From positions 1 through 48,127 of IMG/VR virus record IMGVR_UViG_3300022177_000081: 48,127 nt of DNA. One strand, written 5' to 3'. Position 1 is the stretch's first letter, and each line of letters begins with the position of its first letter. Made by a program: the position numbers and the translations under genes. The notes beneath the pieces are model-generated. The model was not told the origin of the DNA, made no database searches, and saw nothing but the letters and a program-made list of their open reading frames with translations. Origin of the DNA: a virus. Lineage: Duplodnaviria; Caudoviricetes. Below, piece by piece: positions 1-8,120 of this stretch.

Positions 1-1206
1 TTGCCCCAACTGACCGAAGTGAAGCTGCGCGCGATCAAGGCCAGCGGCCGTATTGAGCGTTTCCACGACAGCGCAGGCCTGTACCTCGAATTGAGCGCGG
101 CGGGCGGAAAGCACTGGCGCTGGAAGTACAAATTCGACGGCAGGGAAAAGCGTTTGAGCTTTGGAGCCTGGCCCGAGGTGTCCCTGAAAGAGGCCCGGCA
201 GAAACGCGACGAGGCCAGGGCCATGGTGGCGAAGGGCGTCGACCCTGGCCAGGAAAAGAAGCGCGGCCGGGACGATGGGGTGGACGTCGTCACCTTCCGG
301 GCCCTGGCTGAGGAGTATGTCCGGAACCAGCGAAATGTCTGGGCGGAAAGCCATGCCGTCACCGTTGACGGTCGGTTGCGACTCGACGTTTATCCGCGCA
401 TCGGAGACAGGCCGATCACGGAGATCGAGCCGACGGACGTCCTGGCCATCCTGCGGGGGATTGAAGCGCGTCGGGCGTTCGAGACGGCCAGCCGCGTCCT
501 GGGCCTGTGCTCGCTGATCTTCCGCTATGGGGTGGCCATCGGCGTTGTGAAATCAGATCCCTGCCGGGATCTGCGCGGGGCGTTGGTACCGTTCCAGCAC
601 GGCCAGCACGCCGCCCTGACGAAACCCAGGGACGTCGGCGCGTTCCTGCTGGCAATTGACGACTACAAGGGCTCGGCCGTCGTGCGGGCCGCCCTGGCCT
701 TTTCCGCGCTCACGTTTTGCCGGCCGGGCGAGATCCGGCATGCCGAATGGAGCGAGGTCGACTTTGCAACCGAAGGATGGACTATTCCGGAAGTGAAGAT
801 GAAGACCCGGGTGGAACACCGCGTGCCCCTTTCGCGGCAGGCCGTCGAGGTTCTGAAGTGGATTCAGCCCCTGACGGGATCGGGCAGGTATGTGTTCCCA
901 GGGCCCAGGGGGAAGGATCGGCCGCTCTCGGAAAACGGCGTTAACGCGGCGATCCGGAGCATGGGATACGGGCGGGAGCAGATGACGGCGCACGGGTTCC
1001 GGGCCATGGCCTCCACCCTGCTGAACGAACGTGGCCACCGGCCGGACGTGATCGAGGCCCAGCTCTCCCACAAGGGGACGGACAAGATCCGGGCCATCTA
1101 CAACCGGGCGCAGTACCTGGACGAGCGGCGGCAGTTGATGCAGGCATGGGCGGATTACCTGGACGAACTGCGCGCATCGTCGCTGACCGGTTTGTGGGGC
1201 AGCTGA
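1..1206 (+). CDS. int: Tyrosine integrase, P4-like, with N-terminal arm-binding domain
   Basis: N-terminal GLYL..GGKHWRWKY..GREKRLSFGAWPEVSLKEAR arm-binding motif; catalytic R (CRPGE), HGFR, H (LSH) and Y (IYNRAQY). TTG start. Confidence 0.96.
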   Translation: MPQLTEVKLRAIKASGRIERFHDSAGLYLELSAAGGKHWRWKYKFDGREKRLSFGAWPEVSLKEARQKRDEARAMVAKGVDPGQEKKRGRDDGVDVVTFRALAEEYVRNQRNVWAESHAVTVDGRLRLDVYPRIGDRPITEIEPTDVLAILRGIEARRAFETASRVLGLCSLIFRYGVAIGVVKSDPCRDLRGALVPFQHGQHAALTKPRDVGAFLLAIDDYKGSAVVRAALAFSALTFCRPGEIRHAEWSEVDFATEGWTIPEVKMKTRVEHRVPLSRQAVEVLKWIQPLTGSGRYVFPGPRGKDRPLSENGVNAAIRSMGYGREQMTAHGFRAMASTLLNERGHRPDVIEAQLSHKGTDKIRAIYNRAQYLDERRQLMQAWADYLDELRASSLTGLWGS

Positions 1207-1388
1207 TCAAAAAGCCCTTGCAAATCCGCGAGCCTCCAGACGGGCGTCCCTGCCAAGTAGCGTTGCCGGGGGATGATGCCCCGCTGCACGTTCCGGTAAA
1301 ACGTCGACCGGGGCATGTTGCCCAGGTATGCCCGGGCCTCTTTTGCTCCCAGCAGCCGGTTCCCATCGTTCATCAGTTCGGGTGTCAT
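1155..1388 (-). CDS. Excisionase / AlpA-like winged-helix DNA-binding protein
   Basis: 77 aa with LLGAKEARAYLGNMPRSTFYRNVQRGIIP..VWR motif; GGAG RBS; last gene of the leftward operon, convergent on int. Confidence 0.85.
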   Translation of the reverse strand: MTPELMNDGNRLLGAKEARAYLGNMPRSTFYRNVQRGIIPRQRYLAGTPVWRLADLQGLFDQLPHKPVSDDARSSSR

Positions 1389-1431
1389 CTAGCAAGCTCC
1401 ATCAAGTCTTGGGCACTGCGTGCGTTTTCGG

Positions 1432-2181
1432 CTATGCCGCTACCAGGGCCTGGGCCGTGACGTCGCGATACGTAATCGCCCAGGTCATGGGGTTTTTGCC
1501 CGATCCGTAACCGCGTGCGGCGTTGATCCGGTCCCAGAGTTTGAGGTAGGCCGTGATCGGGTCTGCGCACCACTCCGACCACGGCCAGCCGTGATCGTCT
1601 GTCCCGGGCCAGCCGTTGCGATCCGGAAGTCCCCATTTCCAGGTGTTCCCGAAGACTTTGCGAACCCGCACCAACCCTTCGGCCGCCACGTCCTTGGGCG
1701 TGATGTCCTGGATGCGTTGCAGCCGCACCTCCACGATCTCGTAGGTGTTGCGGCTGGCCCAGCGGGGCATGTGGATTGCGGGACGCCAACGCAAGCCAGA
1801 GTTTTCATGGATGGCGTCGGCGCGGTAATATGGGCCATATGATATGCCCCCTGCCAAAGCATCCTCCAGACGTTTACGGCACGCCTCCAGGCTCGGCGCG
1901 TCATGTGCCCACGTCTCCCGCACCCACAGCCGGTCCCCGGGCTGGCCGTATGGGCAGCGGGACAACACATCGGCATGACGCAAATCGTTCCAGAGCATCC
2001 TGCGATCTCTCATTATCCAGTCATATCCCGGTGTGTCCGACGGCTGGAAACTGGAGACAGGCCCGATCCCCGTAATCCTGTTGACCACCCGCCGGGTCTG
2101 GGTTTTGCGCCCGGCGCGGTTGGCCAGGACCATAGGGCCGGCAAAGAGGATGGGGCGGACGGAAAAGGAGTGGGCGCTCAT
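1432..2181 (-). CDS. Conserved phage protein, ASCH/PUA-like family
   Basis: RPILF..PMV....GRKTQTRR, CPYGQPGDRLWVRETW and WRPAIHMPRWASR motifs; ATG at 2181 overlaps the upstream stop (ATGA). Confidence 0.75.
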   Translation of the reverse strand: MSAHSFSVRPILFAGPMVLANRAGRKTQTRRVVNRITGIGPVSSFQPSDTPGYDWIMRDRRMLWNDLRHADVLSRCPYGQPGDRLWVRETWAHDAPSLEACRKRLEDALAGGISYGPYYRADAIHENSGLRWRPAIHMPRWASRNTYEIVEVRLQRIQDITPKDVAAEGLVRVRKVFGNTWKWGLPDRNGWPGTDDHGWPWSEWCADPITAYLKLWDRINAARGYGSGKNPMTWAITYRDVTAQALVAA

Positions 2182-2699
2182 GCCGAGGCCTCTGTTTGGT
2201 CTCCGGGCTGCTGGCCGCCGTAGTCCAGGCCAGCCCGCTGCAGACGGTCGATCTCGGCGGCGATGAGCGCACCGGCCACGGCCAGTTGCCGTACCCGGGA
2301 TTTGTTGTCCCGCTTGGCCCATTGCGTATCAAATCCGGTTTCGTCGAAGATGTCCGAGGGCGTGACCAAGCCACAACCGGAGACATGCAGCGGGCACGGC
2401 ATGGCATAGTAGCAGGCGGCCCAGGCCAGTTCGCTGTCCAGGCGCGTGTCGTCGTACTCGGCAGAAAAGCCCTCGGCTGCGATCTGCCGCCGCCGTTCGG
2501 CCGCGATCAAGGCGACGCCGGTCTGTTGCACCGTCTGGTCGGTATTCCCAGGTTGGCTGTCGGTACCTTGCTGTTTCATGTTGTGAATTGTTTCCTTTAG
2601 CTCGACATTCTCATGTTCTAAATCATCGTACATGCTGATGGTTTCGTGGAGTTCGGCATTCTCTTTTTCAAGCTGTGCGATTCTTTCTTCTGTGGTCAT
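2178..2699 (-). CDS. Conserved phage hypothetical protein with N-terminal coiled coil and all-alpha C-terminal domain
   Basis: IAAERRRQ..EG....DD...ELA.AA.YY...RQLAVAGALIAAEIDRL motif seen in phage proteins; coupled into the operon. Confidence 0.7.
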   Translation of the reverse strand: MTTEERIAQLEKENAELHETISMYDDLEHENVELKETIHNMKQQGTDSQPGNTDQTVQQTGVALIAAERRRQIAAEGFSAEYDDTRLDSELAWAACYYAMPCPLHVSGCGLVTPSDIFDETGFDTQWAKRDNKSRVRQLAVAGALIAAEIDRLQRAGLDYGGQQPGDQTEASA

Positions 2700-2720
2700 G
2701 ATACCTTGCTCTCCAGGTGA

Positions 2721-3851
2721 TTAGAGGTTGGGGAGTCCGTTCCAGGTCTGCCCGTCGAGCAGGCGGCCGGCGCGTTTCTTGCCGACGCGGGTGGTGATGA
2801 CCATCGGGAATGTCTTGCCGTCACGGCCGCCATGCGTCGGCATATGGCCGTCCGGGCAAATCAGCTTATCGCCCTTGACCATCCTGGTGGGGGCCTTGTC
2901 GCAATAGTTTTCAAAGTCGGAGAAATAGCTCCAGACAGGCTCACCCGTGCCCATTTTGATCCGGGTGGTGCCCCATTCCCCCCATTGTTTGAGCAGGAAG
3001 GGCGACCCCGCCTCCACGCATTGGTCCCGCACCGCGCGAATCCAATCCGGATGCATGGGCCGCGCGCCCGGGCCAGTCTCGCCGCCGGCGACGATCCAAG
3101 AGAGCACTTGGCCAGTCTTTGTGACCACAACGTCGATGGGGCCATCCCCTGTCCAACCGCAGTAGTCATCGTCGGTCGGACGACGCGTGAATCCAAGGTC
3201 CACCGGCCCCAAAAGCGGCTCCAGACTCATCCACGTGCGCCAGCCCAGCCTGGCCAGGGCCATGATGTCCGGCGCGCGCTCCTCGAGGCGCTGTTGATCC
3301 TCGGCCGTGGCACCGAGGAGGACATTGGGCAGGGGCCAGGGGGTTCCGTCTTCGACTTCCGTCGTTCTCCCCTTTAAGTATTCAGGGAGGGACAGTTCAT
3401 GTTTTGCCAGCATAACAGAGCTTCTCCGCTCATTGCTGGTCACGTATTCTCTCATCCCCTCCGACCTTTTGGTGAGCACCAGAAAGACGTGCTGCGGGCA
3501 CATGGCCATGCGGGCGAAGACCTGGTCCCGGAAGTCGTCCGGCACGTCCTCGTGGAAGAGATCGGTCCACAGGGCGAACACCGTGGGCTTCTTTCTGCCG
3601 AGAGGGATATCAAGGGCGGCGTGGTTGGGCCTGACGACGCCGGACCATGTGTCGCCCTGGGTCAGGCCAGTATAACGGCTGGAAATGATCGTATTCGGAT
3701 GCGCGGCGAAGCGTTTCGCCTCCCGGGCGGACCAGCAGTGCGCACACCCCGGGGAAACCGGCGTGCAGCCGAGGATGATGTTCCAGCTGCGCTGCCAGTA
3801 GATGCCGCGCGACAGGCGGTCGGGGGAGAGGTTGTCGAAAGCCGTGGTCAT
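2721..3851 (-). CDS. Phage Gp37/Gp68 (DUF5131) radical-SAM-like protein
   Basis: WN...GCTPVSPGCAHCW three-Cys motif, DLFHEDVP, LTKR, SLEPLLGP, GGETG..ARPMHPDW, KQWGEW; ATGA-coupled start at 3851. Confidence 0.9.
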   Translation of the reverse strand: MTTAFDNLSPDRLSRGIYWQRSWNIILGCTPVSPGCAHCWSAREAKRFAAHPNTIISSRYTGLTQGDTWSGVVRPNHAALDIPLGRKKPTVFALWTDLFHEDVPDDFRDQVFARMAMCPQHVFLVLTKRSEGMREYVTSNERRSSVMLAKHELSLPEYLKGRTTEVEDGTPWPLPNVLLGATAEDQQRLEERAPDIMALARLGWRTWMSLEPLLGPVDLGFTRRPTDDDYCGWTGDGPIDVVVTKTGQVLSWIVAGGETGPGARPMHPDWIRAVRDQCVEAGSPFLLKQWGEWGTTRIKMGTGEPVWSYFSDFENYCDKAPTRMVKGDKLICPDGHMPTHGGRDGKTFPMVITTRVGKKRAGRLLDGQTWNGLPNL

Positions 3852-4315
3852 GATTTGCTCCTCTTCTCCACAAATTTTCGGATAGTCCCCGCGTGCGGCT
3901 CGTCGCGGATCACGGCCCGGTCCTCGCCTTGCCAGGCGCTGGTTGTGTAGCAAAGCGGCCGCACCGTTTCGGGCGGCAGGCCCAGATCGGCGGCAGTCCA
4001 GGCCAGGATGGCCGCGTGGCACGGCGAAAATGCGTTCTGCAGCCAATTGTCGCCTGCCTCCCAGCGGCAATTGAGCACCGGACATTCCAGGGCCACCGTC
4101 CGCTGGGTGCGACGGTCATGGTCGTAGACCACCAGAATGCGCAGGGCGTCCCGGGGGGAGCCGCCAGGGTCCATGACGCAAAACAGGCTTTTCATGGGCT
4201 GACGCTCGCCCTCGGGCAGGGTGAATTGCCCGTCGCGGTAGAAGCGGCCGGACGGGACGGCGGGGGCGACAGGAGCCGCCGGGGGCGGTGCGAAGAGGGT
4301 AAGTTGGGTGGTCAT
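3848..4315 (-). CDS. Hypothetical phage protein
   Basis: 155 aa ORF with ATGA overlaps on both sides. Confidence 0.7.
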   Translation of the reverse strand: MTTQLTLFAPPPAAPVAPAVPSGRFYRDGQFTLPEGERQPMKSLFCVMDPGGSPRDALRILVVYDHDRRTQRTVALECPVLNCRWEAGDNWLQNAFSPCHAAILAWTAADLGLPPETVRPLCYTTSAWQGEDRAVIRDEPHAGTIRKFVEKRSKS

Positions 4316-5424
4316 GCTTCAACCTCCATCAGCCTGACCTGCCGCATTCCCCGCCGGGGCTCCCACACAAACCGCTGGGCCAACCGTGGCGGCGCGGCGT
4401 CTCGGCAGTAGGCCAGAACCTGGCGCAAGCCGAGCTTGTCCATGCAATAGCGGTAGAGCTTCGGGTGGGTGTGGGCGAGACGTTGAAAACGGTTTTCCGG
4501 TCCGTCCAGGTGATCCATGTGCAGGCCGAAGCAGCAAAACACGCAGCCAGTCCGTCGCACGCCCGTCGTCACCAGCCGTCCATCCATTTCGACGATCCGG
4601 CCGTAGACGGACGGGATCAAGATGTCGTTTTCCAGGATACAGCGCAGCACGTCCTGCTCGGTCCAAAACGACAACGGGGCCGAACGCGGGTGCTGCATGT
4701 CGTAGGCGTTGCAGCCAGTCTGCAAGTAGGTCCGCTGCCGGGCCTTCGAGTCGGCGGCCAACGTCCCGAGGAATGGCCGCCGCCCGGTCACTTTTTCGTA
4801 CCGGGCAGCCGGGCTTTTCTTCATGACCTGACAGCAGTGATCCGAAATTTTGAACGGGGCATCGACCAAAAAACGCCATTGATCCGGCACCTTGAACCCG
4901 TGGACCGGCTTACCACGTCGATTGATGCCCTGGTCGTAGAGCCGCCAGACGTTTTTGTTCCGCTCGGTGGGGTTGCGCAGGATGTTCACGCCCCGGGCGA
5001 TTTTTTTGGACGCGACGGGCCAGCCGTAGTCCCTGATGACCTGCCAAAACGGGATTTTCGGATGCAGGATGGCGTGATTAGGAGTCGCCTTCACAATGCG
5101 TAGGATTTCCGGATACTCCAGGCCGGTGTGACAAAACACGGCCGGAACATCCGGAAATGCCTGCCGGACCAGCCACAACAGCACCGACGAGTCCTTGCCC
5201 CCGGAAAACGACACGCTCACATTCCCGTCCCATGCACTGTGCCAGTCCTTGATCCGGTCCAGGCTCATGACCATCTTGTCGGCCAGGGGCAAAGCCTGCC
5301 TGCGCTGCAATTCCTGGTAGGCGGCCAAGACCTTTCCGGTGTCCACGGACTCGGCCCAGCGGCTTTCGTAGGCGGTCAAGGGTGCGGCCTCGCGGCCGTT
5401 GGCGTCGAGAGTGGGCGTGGTCAT
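4312..5424 (-). CDS. PAPS-reductase-family (PP-loop) protein
   Basis: SFSGGKDS PP-loop, TGLEYPE, CC (HCCQVMKK) and RTGCVFC Fe-S-type cysteines. Confidence 0.9.
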   Translation of the reverse strand: MTTPTLDANGREAAPLTAYESRWAESVDTGKVLAAYQELQRRQALPLADKMVMSLDRIKDWHSAWDGNVSVSFSGGKDSSVLLWLVRQAFPDVPAVFCHTGLEYPEILRIVKATPNHAILHPKIPFWQVIRDYGWPVASKKIARGVNILRNPTERNKNVWRLYDQGINRRGKPVHGFKVPDQWRFLVDAPFKISDHCCQVMKKSPAARYEKVTGRRPFLGTLAADSKARQRTYLQTGCNAYDMQHPRSAPLSFWTEQDVLRCILENDILIPSVYGRIVEMDGRLVTTGVRRTGCVFCCFGLHMDHLDGPENRFQRLAHTHPKLYRYCMDKLGLRQVLAYCRDAAPPRLAQRFVWEPRRGMRQVRLMEVEA

Positions 5425-7415
5425 CCCGCCGTCCCCCCGGCCTGTTCCATGGCCACTAAGAGCGGCGGCAAAGCATGCCGCACATCATCCGTTTCCTCGA
5501 CCCAGTTCGCCCGGGTCAGGGCCTCGGACATGACCGGAGGCACGGAGTTGCCGCAGGCCTTTGTCTGGTATTTCTTGGCCAGGGGCTTGCCGTTCACCAG
5601 GGGGTCGATTTTGTAGGTGTCGTGGAAGCTCTGGGCCCGGAACAGTTCACGCGGCTCGAACATGCGCAGCCCGACGTCCACGATCCGGCACACCACGCCG
5701 TCAAGCACCACCTCACCGGCCCAGGCGTCGCCGCACAGCCCGTCCCAATCATCCAGGATGAACCCGGCGGGACGCGGCCGGAAACGGATGAGCAGATCCC
5801 GGACGGCGGCGGCATGGTCACGCACGGCCTGAAACCGCACGTCGGCCAGGCTGAACCTGTCGGTGGCCGTGGCCGTGCCCAGGGGCTCGTTGACGGAATG
5901 CGCCACGCCCTGGCCGTAGTATTTGTCCACCAGCCCGCAACGGACCTCGCCCAGGTGGTTGCCCCCGGCTGTGGCCGTGGGCATGGGCTGACGGCTGTCC
6001 GCCCCGTGTTGGCACGTGCCGTAGAGCTTCACCAGATGCGAGGTGACGACGCCGGTTTTGCCGCCTCCGCCGGGCATCACCGTTCCCACGGGCGTATCCG
6101 CCGGAGCGCCGACGCTATGCCCGAACTGCCGCAAAATATGCGCGGTGCACACGGAATGATGATCTACACCGGTCACCGTCCCAAGCGGGACGTCGGGCCG
6201 GTGGCCGGTGACGCCGCCGTAATGTTTGAGGACACAGGCGGCCACGGCGAAATCCTGGCTGGCCGTCACCGTGCGCAGCGGTTCGCCTGGGGACCAGACG
6301 TGTTGGCTGCGGCCGGTGGATTTGCTGTGCGCCGGGCTGACCAGGACCGGCGCCATCACGGCATATTGTCCGCCCTTGGTGGACGCGGTGATGGTCCGCA
6401 TGGGGGCGTCGGCAGGCTGGGCGCGCTCCCGGCCGTCATAGTGTTCGATGGGGACAATCGCCGGAGCCACCACGGCATGCCGGTTTTCCGTGGTGACCGT
6501 GGCCAGCGGAGCGTCCGCGTGTTGCCCACGGACCTCGGTTTCCGATTTCGGGCCGTAGTAGGTGGAGACGAACGGCATGGCCAGGGCCTTGTCCGCCTTG
6601 GCGGTCATGGTGCGCATGGGCCGGTCCACTCCGGCAGGCGGGCTCTGGCCTTCGCGGCCGCCGACGCCCACGATGAACGGCCGGGGAGAGTTGACCACAA
6701 ACCGATCGATCCCCCGGGCGATGCGTTTCAGGGTGTTTTCGGCCAGCGGCCTGACCCGCTCGAAGATCGACGGGCAGGGGATGGACCAGTCGATGCACTC
6801 GGCGGCGGTCCGGTAGGGATGGGCCCGGCCGGGGCCGTGTGTCGGTACGGGCCAGACGATGGGCAAATCGTCCCGCCGGGCGATCAGAAACATCCGTTTG
6901 CGGATCGTCGGGGCCCCGTAGTCGCAGGCGCGAAGCTCACGGTGTTGGACGCGGTATCCCAGTTTTTGCAGCTGCCGCCGCCAGGCCCGGAACGTGGTCC
7001 CTTTCAGGTTTTCGATAGGGCGTTTGTCCGGGCCCAGTGGCCCCCATTCGGTGAATTCCTCGACGTTCTCGAGCATGATGAGCGTCGGCCGCACCTGCTT
7101 GGCCCACTTGATGACCACCCAGGCCAGATCCCGGATGTTCTGGCACTTGGGCTTGCCGCCCTTGGCCTTCGAGAAGTGTTTGCAGTCCGGGCTGGCCCAC
7201 AGGATGGACACGGGGCGGCCGCCCGTGACGTGGATTGGTTCCACCGCCCAGACGGACTGGCAGTAATGGACGGTGTTGGGGTGGTTGGCCTGATGCATCG
7301 CGATGGCCACCGGATCGTGGTTGATGGCGATGTCCGGCTCCCGGCCCAGAGCCCAGGACATTCCGAGGGATGCGCCGCCGCCGCCCGCGAACAGATCGAT
7401 GACGAGCCCGCTCAT
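5421..7415 (-). CDS. DNA (cytosine-5) methyltransferase with long repetitive variable region
   Basis: DLFAGGGG (motif I), SPDC (catalytic), ENV, YGAPTIRKR and GNSV (motif X). Confidence 0.95.
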   Translation of the reverse strand: MSGLVIDLFAGGGGASLGMSWALGREPDIAINHDPVAIAMHQANHPNTVHYCQSVWAVEPIHVTGGRPVSILWASPDCKHFSKAKGGKPKCQNIRDLAWVVIKWAKQVRPTLIMLENVEEFTEWGPLGPDKRPIENLKGTTFRAWRRQLQKLGYRVQHRELRACDYGAPTIRKRMFLIARRDDLPIVWPVPTHGPGRAHPYRTAAECIDWSIPCPSIFERVRPLAENTLKRIARGIDRFVVNSPRPFIVGVGGREGQSPPAGVDRPMRTMTAKADKALAMPFVSTYYGPKSETEVRGQHADAPLATVTTENRHAVVAPAIVPIEHYDGRERAQPADAPMRTITASTKGGQYAVMAPVLVSPAHSKSTGRSQHVWSPGEPLRTVTASQDFAVAACVLKHYGGVTGHRPDVPLGTVTGVDHHSVCTAHILRQFGHSVGAPADTPVGTVMPGGGGKTGVVTSHLVKLYGTCQHGADSRQPMPTATAGGNHLGEVRCGLVDKYYGQGVAHSVNEPLGTATATDRFSLADVRFQAVRDHAAAVRDLLIRFRPRPAGFILDDWDGLCGDAWAGEVVLDGVVCRIVDVGLRMFEPRELFRAQSFHDTYKIDPLVNGKPLAKKYQTKACGNSVPPVMSEALTRANWVEETDDVRHALPPLLVAMEQAGGTAG

Positions 7416-7984
7416 GCCGCCGCCTTTTTGGGCTTGTAGCTGCGGACGAACGCCCGCACGTGGTCGTTTATGGGGAGCGCCCGGGAATTGTTCGGAAGAA
7501 TCATGCGCGGCAGGCCAGCCGCACGGATAACCGAGCGCAGTTGCATTTCGTCCTTGATCGGCATGGCCCGAGGGATGAGCTGATAGTGCCGCAGCAGTGC
7601 CAGCAGGCCGATACGTTCGGCCTGGGGACGTTTCTCCATGGCATGGGATATCGCCAGGGCCAGGGCCTTATATCGCGAGATAGGGCCGTGTGGCCTTGCC
7701 AGCCCGGTTGTGTTCACAGCGGCAGGTATCGGCCGGGGACGCCCCTCTTGCCGCTTCTCCGGCGGCGTTTCCATGGAGGACGCGACCGGCGTCCCCTGCA
7801 ACAGGGGCTTGAGCCTGTCGGCCAGGGCGGCGTTGAAGGCGTCGGAGCGGCTCGAAGCCGCGAGGTAGATGGGACCGGGGCACGTGGCGCACCCGGCCCG
7901 CCGTTGGCGATAGCCTTCGCAGCAGGCGGAAAAATCGGTCTCGCCGTGGCCATGGGGGCAGGTGATTGTGGGTTCGGTTGCCAT
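7412..7984 (-). CDS. Hypothetical protein with N-terminal Cys cluster
   Basis: CPHG..CC...CATC pattern; ATG at 7984 immediately follows the upstream stop. Confidence 0.65.
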   Translation of the reverse strand: MATEPTITCPHGHGETDFSACCEGYRQRRAGCATCPGPIYLAASSRSDAFNAALADRLKPLLQGTPVASSMETPPEKRQEGRPRPIPAAVNTTGLARPHGPISRYKALALAISHAMEKRPQAERIGLLALLRHYQLIPRAMPIKDEMQLRSVIRAAGLPRMILPNNSRALPINDHVRAFVRSYKPKKAAA

Positions 7985-7985
7985 A

Positions 7986-8120
7986 CTATGACCTTGGTTC
8001 ATGGCGCGGCGAAATCCGGATCCGGGATCCGATCACGGGCCGGGGGCGGGAGCCGCGCCAGACGGCGACGACCAACACCGCCAGCCCCATGCCGATGAGC
8101 GTCAGGGCGTCGTGGATCAT
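7986..8120 (-). CDS. Small single-TM membrane peptide (44 aa; not in the ORF track)
   Basis: MIHDALTLIGMGLAVLVVAVWRGSRPRP...; ATG overlaps the stop of the RdgC-like gene and the ORF fills the gap exactly. Confidence 0.6.
   Translation of the reverse strand: MIHDALTLIGMGLAVLVVAVWRGSRPRPVIGSRIRISPRHEPRS

Noticed and set aside
4312-5424. cysH auxiliary metabolic gene, or a complete Dnd/Ssp phosphorothioation system
   Set aside because: No other sulfur-assimilation or dnd/ssp genes; the context is a phage early DNA-metabolism operon.
5475-7439. 654-aa plus-strand ORF, and similar long antisense ORFs at 8162-9697, 16183-17487, 21615-22727, 29401-30633 and 33922-35400
   Set aside because: Shadow frames of well-supported genes in high-GC DNA; no motifs, RBS or operon logic.
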